A stretch of DNA of 63,967 nt, filler included, from Polymyxa betae A26-41 (Eukaryota > Protista > Endomyxa: Phytomyxea): NCBI GenBank assembly GCA_003693705.1. It is 9 parts of 9 records of this genome, joined end to end, with 100 filler letters (N's around TTAATTAATTAA, not from the genome) between each part and the next. Parts side by side here need not be neighbours in the genome. Positions count along the whole stretch, not along the records: positions 1 to 24,947 come from RBZT01000456.1; positions 25,048 to 27,540 come from RBZT01000025.1; 7 more parts are not named here. One strand, 5' to 3'. Of this stretch, positions 12,807-25,049 are shown one piece after another. Numbering within the stretch: the first letter of the stretch is position 1; every line of letters starts with the position of its first letter. The position numbers were made by a program, and so were the translations under genes. The notes beneath the pieces were generated by a model. The model saw nothing but the letters and a program-made list of their open reading frames with translations, was not told where the DNA came from and ran no database searches.

Positions 12807-13605
12807 TCAACGCCTGGACCTGACCTCTGTTAGTCGGACGCGAAAATGTGGCTTACCATAGTCCCTACCTTCGGTCTGAAGTAGCGGGGCCGCTCGGTTC
12901 ACGAACGATGAGCTGGCCACCGGGCCGGCGGTCCAGCAGAAGGGGGCGTCCACCTGGCGCCCGGAGGTCGCCGCCTGAGATACGTGGTTGCCCACGCCGC
13001 CGGAGGCGGGCAAAGCCGCCAGAGCCGCCCTCACACTCGCCTCTTCTTGATCAATCCGCCGCTGCTGCCCGGCGAGCGCCCGCCGCTGCCTTTCCAGCTC
13101 GTGGAGGCAATCGTGTAGCGCCCGCCTGCGCCAGCTCTGTCAGAGGACGAACGAGGGCGAGGCAGAACTCAACTAGGCAGGAGCTGGAAGGATTGATGTT
13201 ACTTTTATAAGGTAATTACAAGTTTGAATCTAAATGCATGCCGGGGCACGCTTAAGCAGCTACTGCGGGGCGGCGGCGAACTTGACGACAAGACGGTTAC
13301 AGTGGGACGTCGAACGACGCTCCAGTTGCTCTGTCGACTGTCTCTTTGCCAGGGTTGCGCCAGACTTACCGTGAACTGCGCGCGGCCTGTATGCGGGCTG
13401 CGCCAAAGGGTGACATGGGTCTGAGTTTAGACTCATCAGAGAGCTCTGTGAGAGTGGCCTCCTCGGTGCCTCCTAGCAAGAGGAACCCTCTTCCAGGTTC
13501 CTTCTTCCACAGATTAAAGAGCAGTTTAGACTTTAGACTCATCAGAGAGCTCTGTGAGAGTGGCCTCCTCAGTGCCTCTTACAGTACAGTGCAAGAGGAA
13601 CCCTC
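12807..13605 (-). pseudogene. GC-rich degenerate coding remnant of unknown origin, containing a ~106-bp-period duplication
   Basis: Minus-strand coiled-coil-like RRRALHDCLHELERQRRALAGQQRRIDQEEASVRAALAALP is interrupted by frame changes. TTTAGACTCATCAGAGAGCTCTGTGAGAGTGGCCTCCTC recurs at ~13426 and ~13532. Confidence 0.35.
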
Positions 13606-13649
13606 GTTTAGGTCACTTTCATTTAGATTGAATTCAGCATGCTAGTGCC

Positions 13650-15436
13650 ATGAGTGTAGATGGTGACCATCCGAGGTCATTGCTACTACCATCACCGCGA
13701 TGCAGGGTCACCTCGCATTCCATGCTGTTCCTGATCATGGTCGTCGGTGCCGGCATCTGGCTCACGACCTTGCTGCTGAGCCCAATCGAGAGCGGCGGTC
13801 TAATAGCAGAGTCACTCCCGGCCGGTTTAGGCTCGCCAGCGTTTTGGAAAGACGACCGGCACGTCTCGGTCGAAGCCGTCTTGAGTCGGATCTCATATTG
13901 GTCCTATGGTAAACAATACAAAGGTTGGCTATTAGTGTCTTTGGAATATCAAGACTTTATAACTTTGACAGAATCGGAATTCGAGCTGGTAGCCGTCCCC
14001 GATACACACGATCTGTATCTAACCTTCGAACCAGATCGAGGCGGGTTCAATAACGTTCGAATGCAGCTGGAAATTCTTGTTAGTTCTGAACATCTGCTGA
14101 CTGTTGTTGTCTTTTGATAGCGTGAATATCTCAGGTCCAGATAGCCCGAGCTACCCGCCGAATTTTGGTTCTGCCACCGGATTTCGTATTCAACCATCTC
14201 CAAGGTGAATCCAATATTGGCGACTATTTCCAGCTGGAGCACACAACCGATTACATCCGCATCATTTCTATCGACGATTATCTCGAGATCACCGGGGCGT
14301 CGATCAGGTTCACGACAATCTTCGGGTGCTCGCTGCGTTGCTACTGACCGTCATCCCAATCAGGTCCAGTACGAACACGGCAGAGCAGATTTTCGCTTGG
14401 ATCCGGACACAACATGGGTCATACTCGCCTAAATGGGAGCCTGATCGCGTTGGGCTCGTGTTCCAGCACGACAAGGCTCCAATCGAGCGGGTTCCGTCGG
14501 CGGCCCAGTTCCTGAATGGTCGGCGCGCGATCCGGTACGCAAACGGGCCCGACGGGCTGTCGTCGTACCGGACCCTGCATTTCCGCAGCGACTATGAGAA
14601 CGGGTATCGGTTGCTGGCCATCCCGTGCACATTCGTCTATTATCCGACACTGGAATGGGAGCGGTACGCCCGGGCTATGATTCGGAATGGGTTTCATTAC
14701 AGGCAGGACATATTCGCAGCTGCTGCAAAGGTTGAGCGTCCAGCACCTGTTACTATTATCTGTTTAGTAATCTGTGTCACTTTTAGGTTATACAAGAGAT
14801 TCTATCGACAGTCGGCAGATACAATGCCATTCATGTTCGGCGTAATGATTTCCGATTGCAATACGCAGATAAGATTATCGGCTGGAAGCAACTTTCCCAC
14901 AATCTGCAGAAGATTCTGGACCCGGATCTGCCTGTGTACATCGCAACCGATGAGAGCGCTCAGCTGGATATCGATTTTCAGCAATTCACGAAAGTTTTCA
15001 AAAAGGTGTACTTCCTTCGTGATTTCAAGCTTCCAAATGATGTTAAGAGCAACTGGCATGGAATGATCGAACAGATTATTTGCAGTGTAAATTTCGTTGC
15101 TTGACAATCTCCCAGAAAGTCCATTTAATTATTTCAGAGTGCTGAGCGATTTATCGGGACTGAACTGTCAACGTATACGGCCTATATTCATCGCTTACGT
15201 GGCTATATGGCGGCTGATGTTGCACCCGACAAGCAAATCTATTTCACAACCGATAATTTTTCCGGGTGGGCAACGCCTTTCACTATACTAATTTCACACC
15301 ATTCAACTTGTTCAGGTACTCGATGGTTGATGGATGGAGAACCTATCGAACCTGGATGAAGTTATCCCCAAACGACGTTGCAGATGATTCAGGCGGTTAC
15401 TGGCAGCGTGAATATTGGATATCCTGGCAATCATGA
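13650..15436 (+). CDS. GDP-fucose protein O-fucosyltransferase family (O-FucT/POFUT2-like), type II membrane, spliced
   Basis: N-terminal TM segment; FEPDRGGFNNVRMQLEIL|VQIARATRRILVLPP; YNAIHVRRNDF; VYIATDE; MIEQIICS|SAERFIGTELSTYTAYIHRLRG. TGA at 15434-15436. Confidence 0.88.
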
Positions 15437-15471
15437 TATTCGCGTGCCTGAGGAAATACACCTAAATAATT

Positions 15472-17179
15472 ATGATAGCGCCAGTGTCGCCGACCGCATC
15501 ATCAAATCAAACCTCGGCACATCGATCAGCTGGACATTCATTCCCATTCCAATTACAATCGCTGGTTAGGAAATGGTCCAGCGTAATACCAGCCGATGCT
15601 TTCATGGATTTTGAATCAGTCGAGGACGTCCTTGATCGCGAAGAACGCGTCCTCGACGACTGTATAGAATCGCAGCGCAGTGCTCGCGAGCTGCAATATT
15701 TGTATGAGAAATGTCGCCTGGAGCTCAGCCGAAGCCTAACAAACGCCGCGACGACCGTCTCCATGGCGCTTATTCGCAACAATGTTACAGCGACAACGCA
15801 TCGCGAGGCCTACAAAGAATACGCCGAACTGCATCAAAAGGCGCTCAACTATCTGATCGACCGCACAAATCGACTATTAGGAAGATATCGTCACGAGTTT
15901 CCGGATCTGGGACCAGCTAATACTGGCCCAAACTCGATCTGGCCCACAGAACAGATGTCCATCCTGAACGAATTTGTGGAGATGACCCGCGATCTATCCT
16001 GGGTTCATCAGCGTCATCTGGCGTCACAACGCGACCTGATCTTCATCGACTACGATCAGATCGAGCAGGGTCTGATTCAGGCGTTCATGGCCATCACTTA
16101 TATCATATCGATATACTCCATACCAACTGCTGTAAGATTCACGATTACATCGATCGGGGTGAACCAGGCTAGTCTAACCGCATTCCTGCTGACGACCTCA
16201 TGGCCGCTCTATCTGTTCCGATCGTTGTATGCGCAGAGATTGGATCTGCATCTGAGCAATTTCTTGTCGTTGTCGCTACTTGGTCGTGGTGTCGTTTTGG
16301 GTGGGCTGTCGACCAGTTGTATCTTGTTGCAATCGTTGGCGATTCATGGCATGTCGCTATCCTCCTATATGGTCGTCTTCTCCATGTGCAACATTATCAT
16401 TTATGTCATTATGCATGCCGAATATCGATTCCCAGCCACAATTGTCTCTGTACGAAAAACCATCGCATCGTTACTACGAAATTTGTTGAGATGCTTTACA
16501 GGTTCTGATTGCATTAACTTCGGTCGGATTATTAATGGCATCGGCTGCTGATAAACTGTTGACCTGTGTGGCGGTTATCACTGCCATACTGCCCGAATGT
16601 CATAATCAGGCTAAGAGAAGGTACTTTCGGAATCATTGATGTGTATTACAAGTGCCCAAGTTAGACAATTTAGGCTGTTCAAATCCGATCGTTTGCAGCC
16701 GGAACAGCAGATTGCCGAATCCGATGCAATCTCGTCGCTGTGCTCATTTCTTGCTGTGATTGTGATATTAAGCACAGTTGGCGAATGGCCCAGAATAACG
16801 TCGACCACGAGGTATATTGCGGCGACATCCTGGCCGGCGTTTCTGGCCATCTGCTTCTCTATTGCGTTATCTTCATTTCTCACTGATTACGTCGGTACGG
16901 CCAGATTCGTGCAAAATGACTAATCTGAATTTGTTTAATTCTTATGTAGGTGAACAATTACAATTTGATGGCCTGATCAACCTGAATCTGTTAAGGACCA
17001 TCAGCTATGTCATATCGATATCGTTCGGATTGGGTCTGTTCCATGAAGAGTACACTGCTTTATCATTATCGGCGGTGACGTTGTCTTTGCTCGCATTATT
17101 GCTCAATGTTAAAGTGCATCCTCCGAATAATCCGTTGGATGCGAACTTGAATTCGAAACCAGCATCAAATATCGTGTGA
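15472..17179 (+). CDS. Uncharacterised multi-pass membrane protein with N-terminal coiled-coil (spliced)
   Basis: A 359-aa first ORF has a helical N-half and several hydrophobic segments; hydrophobic ORFs continue at 16636-16923 and ~16950-17179 across apparent GT-AG introns. The start could instead be ATG 15604. Confidence 0.6.
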
Positions 17180-17936
17180 TATAACAAGTAATAACAGCTG
17201 CATAATGACCTCGAAAATACAAATAGTATATAAAAGAGTAGCATGGGCGAAAGGCCAAAGAGACAATGAATAAAAGGCATTGCAGTCCTCGTTTTCAGAC
17301 CGATTTCGACTCAGCTGGTACAACATCAGATCCGAAAGAGAATCGCCAATGTGCAGCCGGTTATCGATTTGATTTGTAATATGCCCGCTACTCTGGAAAC
17401 CTTCGATGAAATTGCTAACGAACATTGATATGTAGCAAATGATCACTGGTGAAACAGTCGAATAGACGAGTATATAAAACCAAATTGAATATTGTTTTAC
17501 CAAGGATGGATAGTGAAGACTTCCTGTCTGAATCCATCACAGGTTGCAAGGGTGTCTGGTTCCGGATAGAAGGTCAAATGAATTCCTAAAAGCTGCTTTG
17601 TCACTTTGGCGAAAGACAAAGCGTTGCTATAACGGATAAATCGACAGCAAAGCATCTAGCCCAGTATAGACAGCTCGCCGATACCAGCTAAATACAGCCA
17701 GTGAAACCAAAGTCAGACACGCAGCTTGGTCTGTTACTATATTGTGCTTTCTCGGGTGCCTCCCAGTTTCGTTGGCAGCTTTAATTACCTGGATCCTATC
17801 ACTGCAAGTTGTCCTCAGTCGCCGATATCACCATCAGCAACGCCTGGACGTTTTTCGACAATAAAAAGTATGTCGGCAAATGACGGATAAGCGACCGGAC
17901 AGGTATCACAGGTTAGATACCCATTCTGTGTCTATA

Positions 17937-18422
17937 ATGGGCGGGTCTGGCGCCGTCAAGTTTGACGTCTATCTACGTCTGGCCCAGATCGCAGCCATAC
18001 AATCTGGCTTCTATCTATTCCTCAGCCTAATCCTGGTTCTGTTATGTTCAATCTGGGGCCTGAATCCGCACCTCGGTCTCATCCTGTCCTCCCTCACCGT
18101 CGACTTCTCCTATTCGCAAGGCTGGACCCCGGTCGCCGCCTACCTAATCGCTTGCTTTCCAGTAACCTTCGCTATCTATCTATGTGCTAATCGGGCCAGA
18201 GAATGCCTGGATTTCGCCTGCACGGTTTATGTTCTGCATCTATTTGCAGCTATGTCATATATGTGCAGATTTCCAACTGAAGCTGCATGGTGGATTGTTA
18301 TCCTAATTAGCGTCATATCGGTATCGGTTGGAAGCGAATTCCTGTGCATTCGGAGGAAAGCCCTTAAAAAGCGCAATTCGAATCTTGATTCGATCGCCTT
18401 GTCGCAGATCGTTTCGAAATAA
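17937..18422 (+). CDS. SYS1: Golgi membrane protein SYS1
   Basis: FDVYLRLAQIAAIQSGFY...RARECLDFACTVYVLHL...FPTEAAWW...GSEFLCIRR is the Sys1 signature. Intronless. Confidence 0.88.
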   Translation: MGGSGAVKFDVYLRLAQIAAIQSGFYLFLSLILVLLCSIWGLNPHLGLILSSLTVDFSYSQGWTPVAAYLIACFPVTFAIYLCANRARECLDFACTVYVLHLFAAMSYMCRFPTEAAWWIVILISVISVSVGSEFLCIRRKALKKRNSNLDSIALSQIVSK

Positions 18423-18455
18423 ACCCGAAATCGGTTTCCGCAAGATTTTTATATA

Positions 18456-21400
18456 TCAACCGGTATCTAGAGCAGCCAGACGATTATTCAGGCGTGCTCG
18501 TTCGTGATAGGAAGGACAATGAAGTTCCTCACAAAGGACAGCACTATGACGATCACATCCCGAACATTCTTTGCAGAGACGGTTTTGTAGCTGCAGATCG
18601 ATCTGAAGCCCATGCGACTCAACGGCATCAGATAGGCCAGGCATCTCAGCTGTTTTTGAACATAGACATCGACTCGTTACATCACCACAGGTCGTACACT
18701 TCTGAGCCAAGCAATACCTGAACGGATTTCAACAATCAACGAGACAATGAAGGTTGCCGCCACCGATCGATGGTCCAGGCATTGGATGGGTCGCTCTTTC
18801 GGGTTTTGCCTCGAGGAAGTTCTCTCCACCAATGCCAGATATTGATATGGATCAGAGATGTGATACGATTGAGACTCGGGAGAATCTGTTTCGTAATGTA
18901 GTAATTGACATTGATGTGCAAGCCCGAATTCGGTTTCAACAGGCGATCCGGAGGCACGACCAGATCCATCAGACGATCATTCTGGTTGCCATACACGACC
19001 TGCGCTGATAAATGATCTGAATGTGACTAATGGTCTCCTGAACCATACCAGATATGGGATCCGTTCTGCATACAATGGGTATGAACGAGGATCCCGTTTC
19101 ATTCGTTCGGTGGCGATCTGAGCTGCGGGAGGCAGAACTCGATACGTCCCTGAGAGGCACTCAGCTCGTGTACAGATTCCCATAGATGGAGCCTCAAACC
19201 TAATCGAACTTCCTTCGCAAATACATATTGCATTGTGGAAATCTCGCCTGGCAATAATCAACAGATATAATAACGGCGTCAGCGAACAGGTTACCCATCA
19301 TCATCCGGGTCCAGAGACGTTCCAAATATCGACGTAAACGTGACAGATCTTTCTTGAACATGAGCTTGATCGCATTATCCATAGCGCTGACCAGCAGAGG
19401 ACAGCCGTCTCTTCGAATCACTTCCAGACCTAGATACATTCACAAATCAACCAACCACAACTTACAGACACGATCATCATGCGAACCTTTTGCGTCGATC
19501 ACCGGAACTTGATCGGGAGCTTCATATTTTAACCCGACATAACGTTTCTTGGATACCAATAGACACGGCTGATACACTTTCTCAAACATCAGTTTAACCG
19601 GAGGCGGATTCACAGCTGTGACCCGATCGCTGATCTGCTGCCCGATCTCGAACGCTTCCTGCAAGGTCCGTCCGGGGACCGATACGAACAGCGAATCCGT
19701 GTCGGCGTACACGACCTCGGCATCCCAATCGGGATCGTTCTCCACGATCTCGATCGCCTTCTCGAGCGTCTCCCGCCCGGTCTGCACGATGGAATCTGCG
19801 ATCTCGGCGCAAGGCATTCGCCCCGAGAACCCGGCCGCTGTATACCCATACCTAGACGATATTGTAACGCAGCTGAAACACGATAACAACCGGCTCATTA
19901 CGTGACATTCGCTAATAGCTTGATACCGAACTGTTTGGCGTTCATCTCGCTCCATCGCGGATCGTTACAATCGAGCGACTTCATCGCCTGTGCACGACAT
20001 TCAATACAGACGGGACGGAACGCCACGGGCTGGGCCAAGCACGAACCTTTTTGATGGCGACGCGCGTCTCCAGCAGATCCCGCAGAAGTCGAGGCAGGAG
20101 TCCATTTCTGCCATCATCAGGACGTCGATCGACAAAGACGACGCCGTTTGGGCTGACCCAGGCCTTACGATGTGAAAGGAATGAGAGATCGGAGCTGGTA
20201 GATCCGCCTGATTGACAATAAGATCGGGCGAGCTCAATACCGCCAGAACATCCGACCTGCACCAAGAGCGACGGATGGCGAATCGGCATCGAGCGCCTTC
20301 TCGACAGAGATAATCGACCCCAGACATGTCGAATAACAGATGTCACGAGAGATCACAATCGAAGGATAAAGCGATTGGAAATCCTGGAACCGTTCTTTGA
20401 GAAACAACTTTACCCGAAATAATTCAACAATTGATTCAACTGAAATTTCAAAGTTTGAATTTCCGAGAAAAAAACGAAATGTCTCTTAGAGAAAATGAAG
20501 GAACCCACCAAAACAATGACGGGATCTGAATACATGGCACTTCTGGGTTCCATTACTAATGGGATACATTCCATGGCGGGTTGATGCGCCACCTGAAAAA
20601 GGACGCCGAATCGGTCATAGCAGCAGTGGTCCAAACGAACAGGCACCGAACCTGCTCCGGAGACGCCGAATAGAACGTGAAATCTTCAGCTACGCCCTGA
20701 CGAACCATGACCGATTCAACACGATACTAAACGATTGCAGTTCAGTTTCGCAGAAATACAAAATATGCAATGTTGCGGTACCTGCGAGCCTCTCGTTAAC
20801 ACGCTGAAGAAATCGATTCCGAAGAGGCGGGCGAGCTCGCTGGTTCGTTGCAGCAGGTTCTGATTGGCGAGCAGCGCGAAATCGAGCCGGACACGACCGA
20901 GGCGATCATCAAGAGCGCGTCGAACGCCGTTTAGCCCCCCGTTCACCATACGATTCAGACTGGGCCATGAATGATGTGGTACACGACCACCCAGCAGATG
21001 CAGACAGACGACATGGAGGCTGTACGACGACAGTTTCAGCTCGGAGCGCAATATTCGCCAGAGATTCAGGACGATGCGTCCGGGGACTTGCAGGCCCGAG
21101 GCTTTACGTTCGCCCCATGCGTCAGGAGAAGCGGATTGATTGGGCGGGTCCGGTTTCGGAATCAGACGAGATATTCGATCGAGGAAGTTGTTGATACCGA
21201 GAGTAGCGGCCCGGTCACTCAGATATCCGAGCGACTGTTTCTGGATCTCATACGCCACTACGATATCCGGGTCCAGATGGACGAGCTCGTGCACGATCCC
21301 GTCCAGCAGCGCCATCTCGTCGTCGAACTGGACCAATGCGACATGCGCTGTATCGTATCCGAGATGGAACCGGGGCGGCAGGTTCAGGGCGGCCGAGTTC

Positions 21401-23354
21401 ACGAGGAGTCGCATCGGCCTGCTGGACTGCCCGTCGATCTCGGCGCCAATCGCGACGGCCAGTACGGCATCGCATTTCGGATCGGGATCGAGATCGCCGC
21501 GGTTCTGGTGCAGTGATTCGAGGGCGACGACCCGCAGATGCTGCCGATGGTGACCGAATGGATTCGATTGCGATTGCGACGACGACGGGCTGGAGGCGAC
21601 GCTCTCAGAGCTGTTCATAGCGATGTCGCCGTCACCATCAGCAGTGGCGGGGCCTACCTGCGACTGTGTAACAGCGTCATGATTGCCGAGCCGACCCATC
21701 ACGACCCTCCCATTACTATCAATATGGCCGGCTTCGGATATCAGTTTCACGCCGCTCGCTGTCTTCGCCGAGATCAGATCGTGCAGAGTTGGCGGGTCTT
21801 TGAACGGTCGAAGAAGACAGCCGCCGCCGCCGAAACCATCGAAATCAACCTCGAACGAGGTCTTCTCCAGGAACAGCCGATCGGTGTTGATGCGGCGTCC
21901 ATCTTTCCGAATATAGGAGAGCTCCTTGACACGATGTTCCGGATCCGAGAAGTACGGCTCCTGTGCCAAGGTCGGGGCCGGCACTTTCCGCGGCCGTTGC
22001 GTCCCGAACACATTGAGCGCATCATCACATTGCGACGCCGTGAACGACCTTTGCGATTGTGTGAGCGGTTCGGTCGCCGCCGAATTCTGCGACCCTTTGC
22101 AGATCTGCGACAACGCCGGGTCGTCGTCGGTGCCGTCCACGTCGGACTCGATCAAGACGTCGTGCAGGCCCGCCATCTGATCATCGGACTCTGCAGGCGG
22201 TTCGGCCTCCGGCGCCTCTTCATCGTCGCTGCTCTCGTCGTCTTCGGCGACGACGACATCGCGCGTCCCGAATCGGTTCTCGTTGAGGTCGGCGACGAGG
22301 TCGTCGAGATCGCCGGACGGCTGCGTGCAGACGCGCCTCGCCACGTCTTCATCGTACGACAGCATCATCGGCTGCGATTGCGACGGGCGTTGCGACGCTT
22401 GCAGTTCGGCGGATTTCGCGACCAGCGCCTCGAGGCGGCGCCGATACGCGGTTTCGATCTCGGAATATTCGTATTGCTTGCGAGCGTCCAGTGATAGAGG
22501 ACAGATCGCCTGGCTGGAGAGACGCAGATCTCTCCATACATCAGCTAATGATGGGACTGTGAGACCATCAGGAAGAGGATCCTTCACGTTACGAATGAAA
22601 CCGGCCACAATATCCGCCTCCAGGCAGCAATTCGACTGTCGAGGGGTCTGCGAGACGATCGTCGCGGGCACCGACTCGATCGTCCAGCCAACGTCGCCCG
22701 ACGGAAGCGGCGCCCGGAATCGATATCCGCTGGGCGAGACGTGCATCCAGTTCATGCCGAACAGGCGGTATTCGATGAAGAACTGGAGCGGGTACGGCAG
22801 GTGGGCGTGCTGGACCGCGAATCGATGCCCGTTGCAGAGGGCCCCGGATCGCAGCAGCAGGGCGGCCTGCTTGACGACGCCCGGATCGAACAGGTTGATG
22901 CGCAGCTGCCGATGACGACGACGATGATAGCCGTAGATGGGGCGGCGTTCGACGACCTCCAGCGATTCGATGTAAGAACGCACGTGACGCTGCCCGGACG
23001 ACATGGCCTCGTTGAACAGCGCCCGGAACGTGTCCAGGTCGTGCTGGCCGAAATCCATCTCATCGATTTCGATCAGAAGATAGGGGAAGAAACCCTGCAA
23101 AACGAGCAAGTTGGAAAATGGCGGATAGAATCACCGAACCGACAGCAAATGAATGAAAAGCTGAAGAAAGATTATTTTTAAGTGGCAAAACAGAGAAAAA
23201 TCGAAAAAAAAGAAAAGGCGATTCGGACTCGAATATGGGCGCAAACGGTCTGGCCGGTGGGCGTCGATCCATAGACGCGAATCTCGGGAAGCCGGGTCTG
23301 ATCAGCTTGGACCAGATGCCAGTCGATGGAGACGATCCGGACGGACAGCTCCAT
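18456..23354 (-). CDS. REV3: DNA polymerase zeta catalytic subunit, spliced
   Basis: N-terminal MELSVRIVSIDW...IRVYGSTPTGQTVCAHIR|GFFPYL; RTSELARLFGIDFFSVLTRGSQ; PLVMEPRS; YGYTAAGFSGRMPC; YADTDSLFV; C-terminal CysA/CysB clusters. Confidence 0.95.
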
Positions 23355-23413
23355 GGATCATACCTAGGCCCCCTGGCAGGTCGCCAATCCGACCGCGACG
23401 ACGACAACGACGA

Positions 23414-23648
23414 CGATTGAGCTGTTTGAATGAGAATGTGCGCTCTCTCATGTCACTTGATCTTACTTTATTCACGTTTCTCCATATCTGACAATGCCAC
23501 GTTACCTGTCCCTATTCTGCTATCGATCGATTGAGAGCTCTGAATGAGCATGTGCGCTCTCTCATGCTCTTGATCGCTCTCTATCCACGTTTCTCCATAT
23601 CTGGCAATTGCCACGTTACCTGTCCTTATATTTTGCTATCGATTGATT
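23414..23648. repeat. Two diverged tandem copies of a ~116-bp unit immediately upstream of REV3
   Basis: TGAATGAGxATGTGCGCTCTCTCATG...CACGTTTCTCCATATCTG...TGCCACGTTACCTGTCC...TGCTATCGAT occurs twice in tandem. Confidence 0.85.
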
Positions 23649-24947
23649 CTTGGATTCGCGATACTTTCTGGTTTCCATTCTCCTATTCTACTCCTATCTT
23701 AGTGGTACTGTATAGGGTGATAGGGTTACTAATACAAAGCTCGGTTGCATTCTAACTTTGCTTGGGTCTTATACGATTGATTCGACTGAAAAGGTTCTGA
23801 TGTCTGTGGGCTCTGGCGGTAGTGAGTCGTCTAGCTCAATTGCGTCGCCAATTGCTATCGAACCCCTATAAAAAAAACAAAACGGTCGTGAATGAATTAC
23901 TAAAGAGAAGCTAAGCGTCCTTATGGCTTCACATCGGCATCACTACAGCGTTTGGTCGAACGGTCGAAAATGGCTGGAAAACAAGTCACCCAAGGAAATT
24001 TGGCCAACGGTCTGATCAAATTCACGCTATCCAATAGAGTATTCTGAGATGATTATAGATTTACAGCGACTATAAAAAAGAATTCCCAGATTGTGCAGAT
24101 TCGGAAGATCAATCGAAATTTCATATCAGAAACGAGAAAAAGGAGCTGCAGACCGGAGACGCCGACGACATTTCAGGATAAATCGCACTTCAGCCATCGG
24201 AGATGTTGGAGAAATTAGACAGACCGAAAGGCCACGCTAAGCGGAATTTAATCTCAAAACTTGAAGACTTTTTAGCGAAAATCGCAAACGAGGCGAAAAA
24301 GCAGCTACCACGCTACCCAAACGCCCTCTGTTCAGACCCCGGCGCCCTCAACTCAACCTCAACCCGCCCCTGCTGCTGCTGCCGGAGCCCGCCAGGAGAG
24401 CCCAGCCCCATATATCCCGCGATCGGTCGGACCCGACCTCGACCCGAACTTGTTCGAAGATGACGCGATTGTATGGCTTAACAGCGTCAGACACACTCTG
24501 GCCAGGACCTCTGGATGAGCATCTGACGAGGAGGAGAGCTCCGACGATGACGCCGAGGACGGCCCCAGCAGCTCGGACGACGACATGGACGAGACCGCGG
24601 ACGAAGCGCCAAGCCTTGAAGACGATATGTTGAAATGAATGAATGTCCCGATCCCGCCGCTTGGCCGCTGGGCACAGGACTAAAGCCCAAATGCTTGACG
24701 AGCAGGCGTCGTCAATTGGCCGAATATCGGCCGATTATAATTCACTTGCCTAATGTTCAACATGCAGAACTGGATTCCTTCTTCCTAACATGATCTTTCT
24801 TCAACGCTGTACTTGGTGGAGTAGAAAAAACCTTGATGTGGATAGACCGCATAGTTCCATTCTATCTGGGATACGTCTTCCTTTGCGTCTCTGTGTAAGG
24901 GGAGTGACTGAGGCTAGCTGAAGACGACGAAGGGAACTAGCTACTTT

Positions 24948-25047
24948 NNNNNNNNNNNNNNNNNNNNNNNNNNNNNNNNNNNNNNNNNNNNTTAATTAAT
25001 TAANNNNNNNNNNNNNNNNNNNNNNNNNNNNNNNNNNNNNNNNNNNN
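24948..25047. other. Artificial contig linker (44N-TTAATTAATTAA-44N); identical linkers at 27541, 34915, 43032, 45631, 49383, 52448 and 59595
   Basis: Eight identical 100-bp blocks carry stop codons in all six frames. Plain N gaps also occur at 27098-27205, 35561-35606 and 37158-37303. Confidence 0.98.
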
Positions 25048-25049
25048 TG

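Noticed and set aside
13426-13605. Tandem hammerhead ribozymes (CTGATGA on the minus strand in both repeat copies)
   Set aside because: No GAAA after a closable stem II and no convincing stems I/III. It is better explained as a duplicated coding remnant (EEATLTELSDESK).
17270-17870. Possible small minus-strand gene
   Set aside because: Only short ORF fragments; I could not build a convincing spliced model or recognise a domain.
20967-23181. Long plus-strand ORFs (e.g. 318 aa at 21538) as genes
   Set aside because: They are antisense shadows of the GC-rich REV3 exon. The same applies to shadows over CTU2, gag and the KP4-like gene.
23800-24947. Myb/SANT-like transposon accessory ORF
   Set aside because: Too degraded (stops in all frames) to assign.
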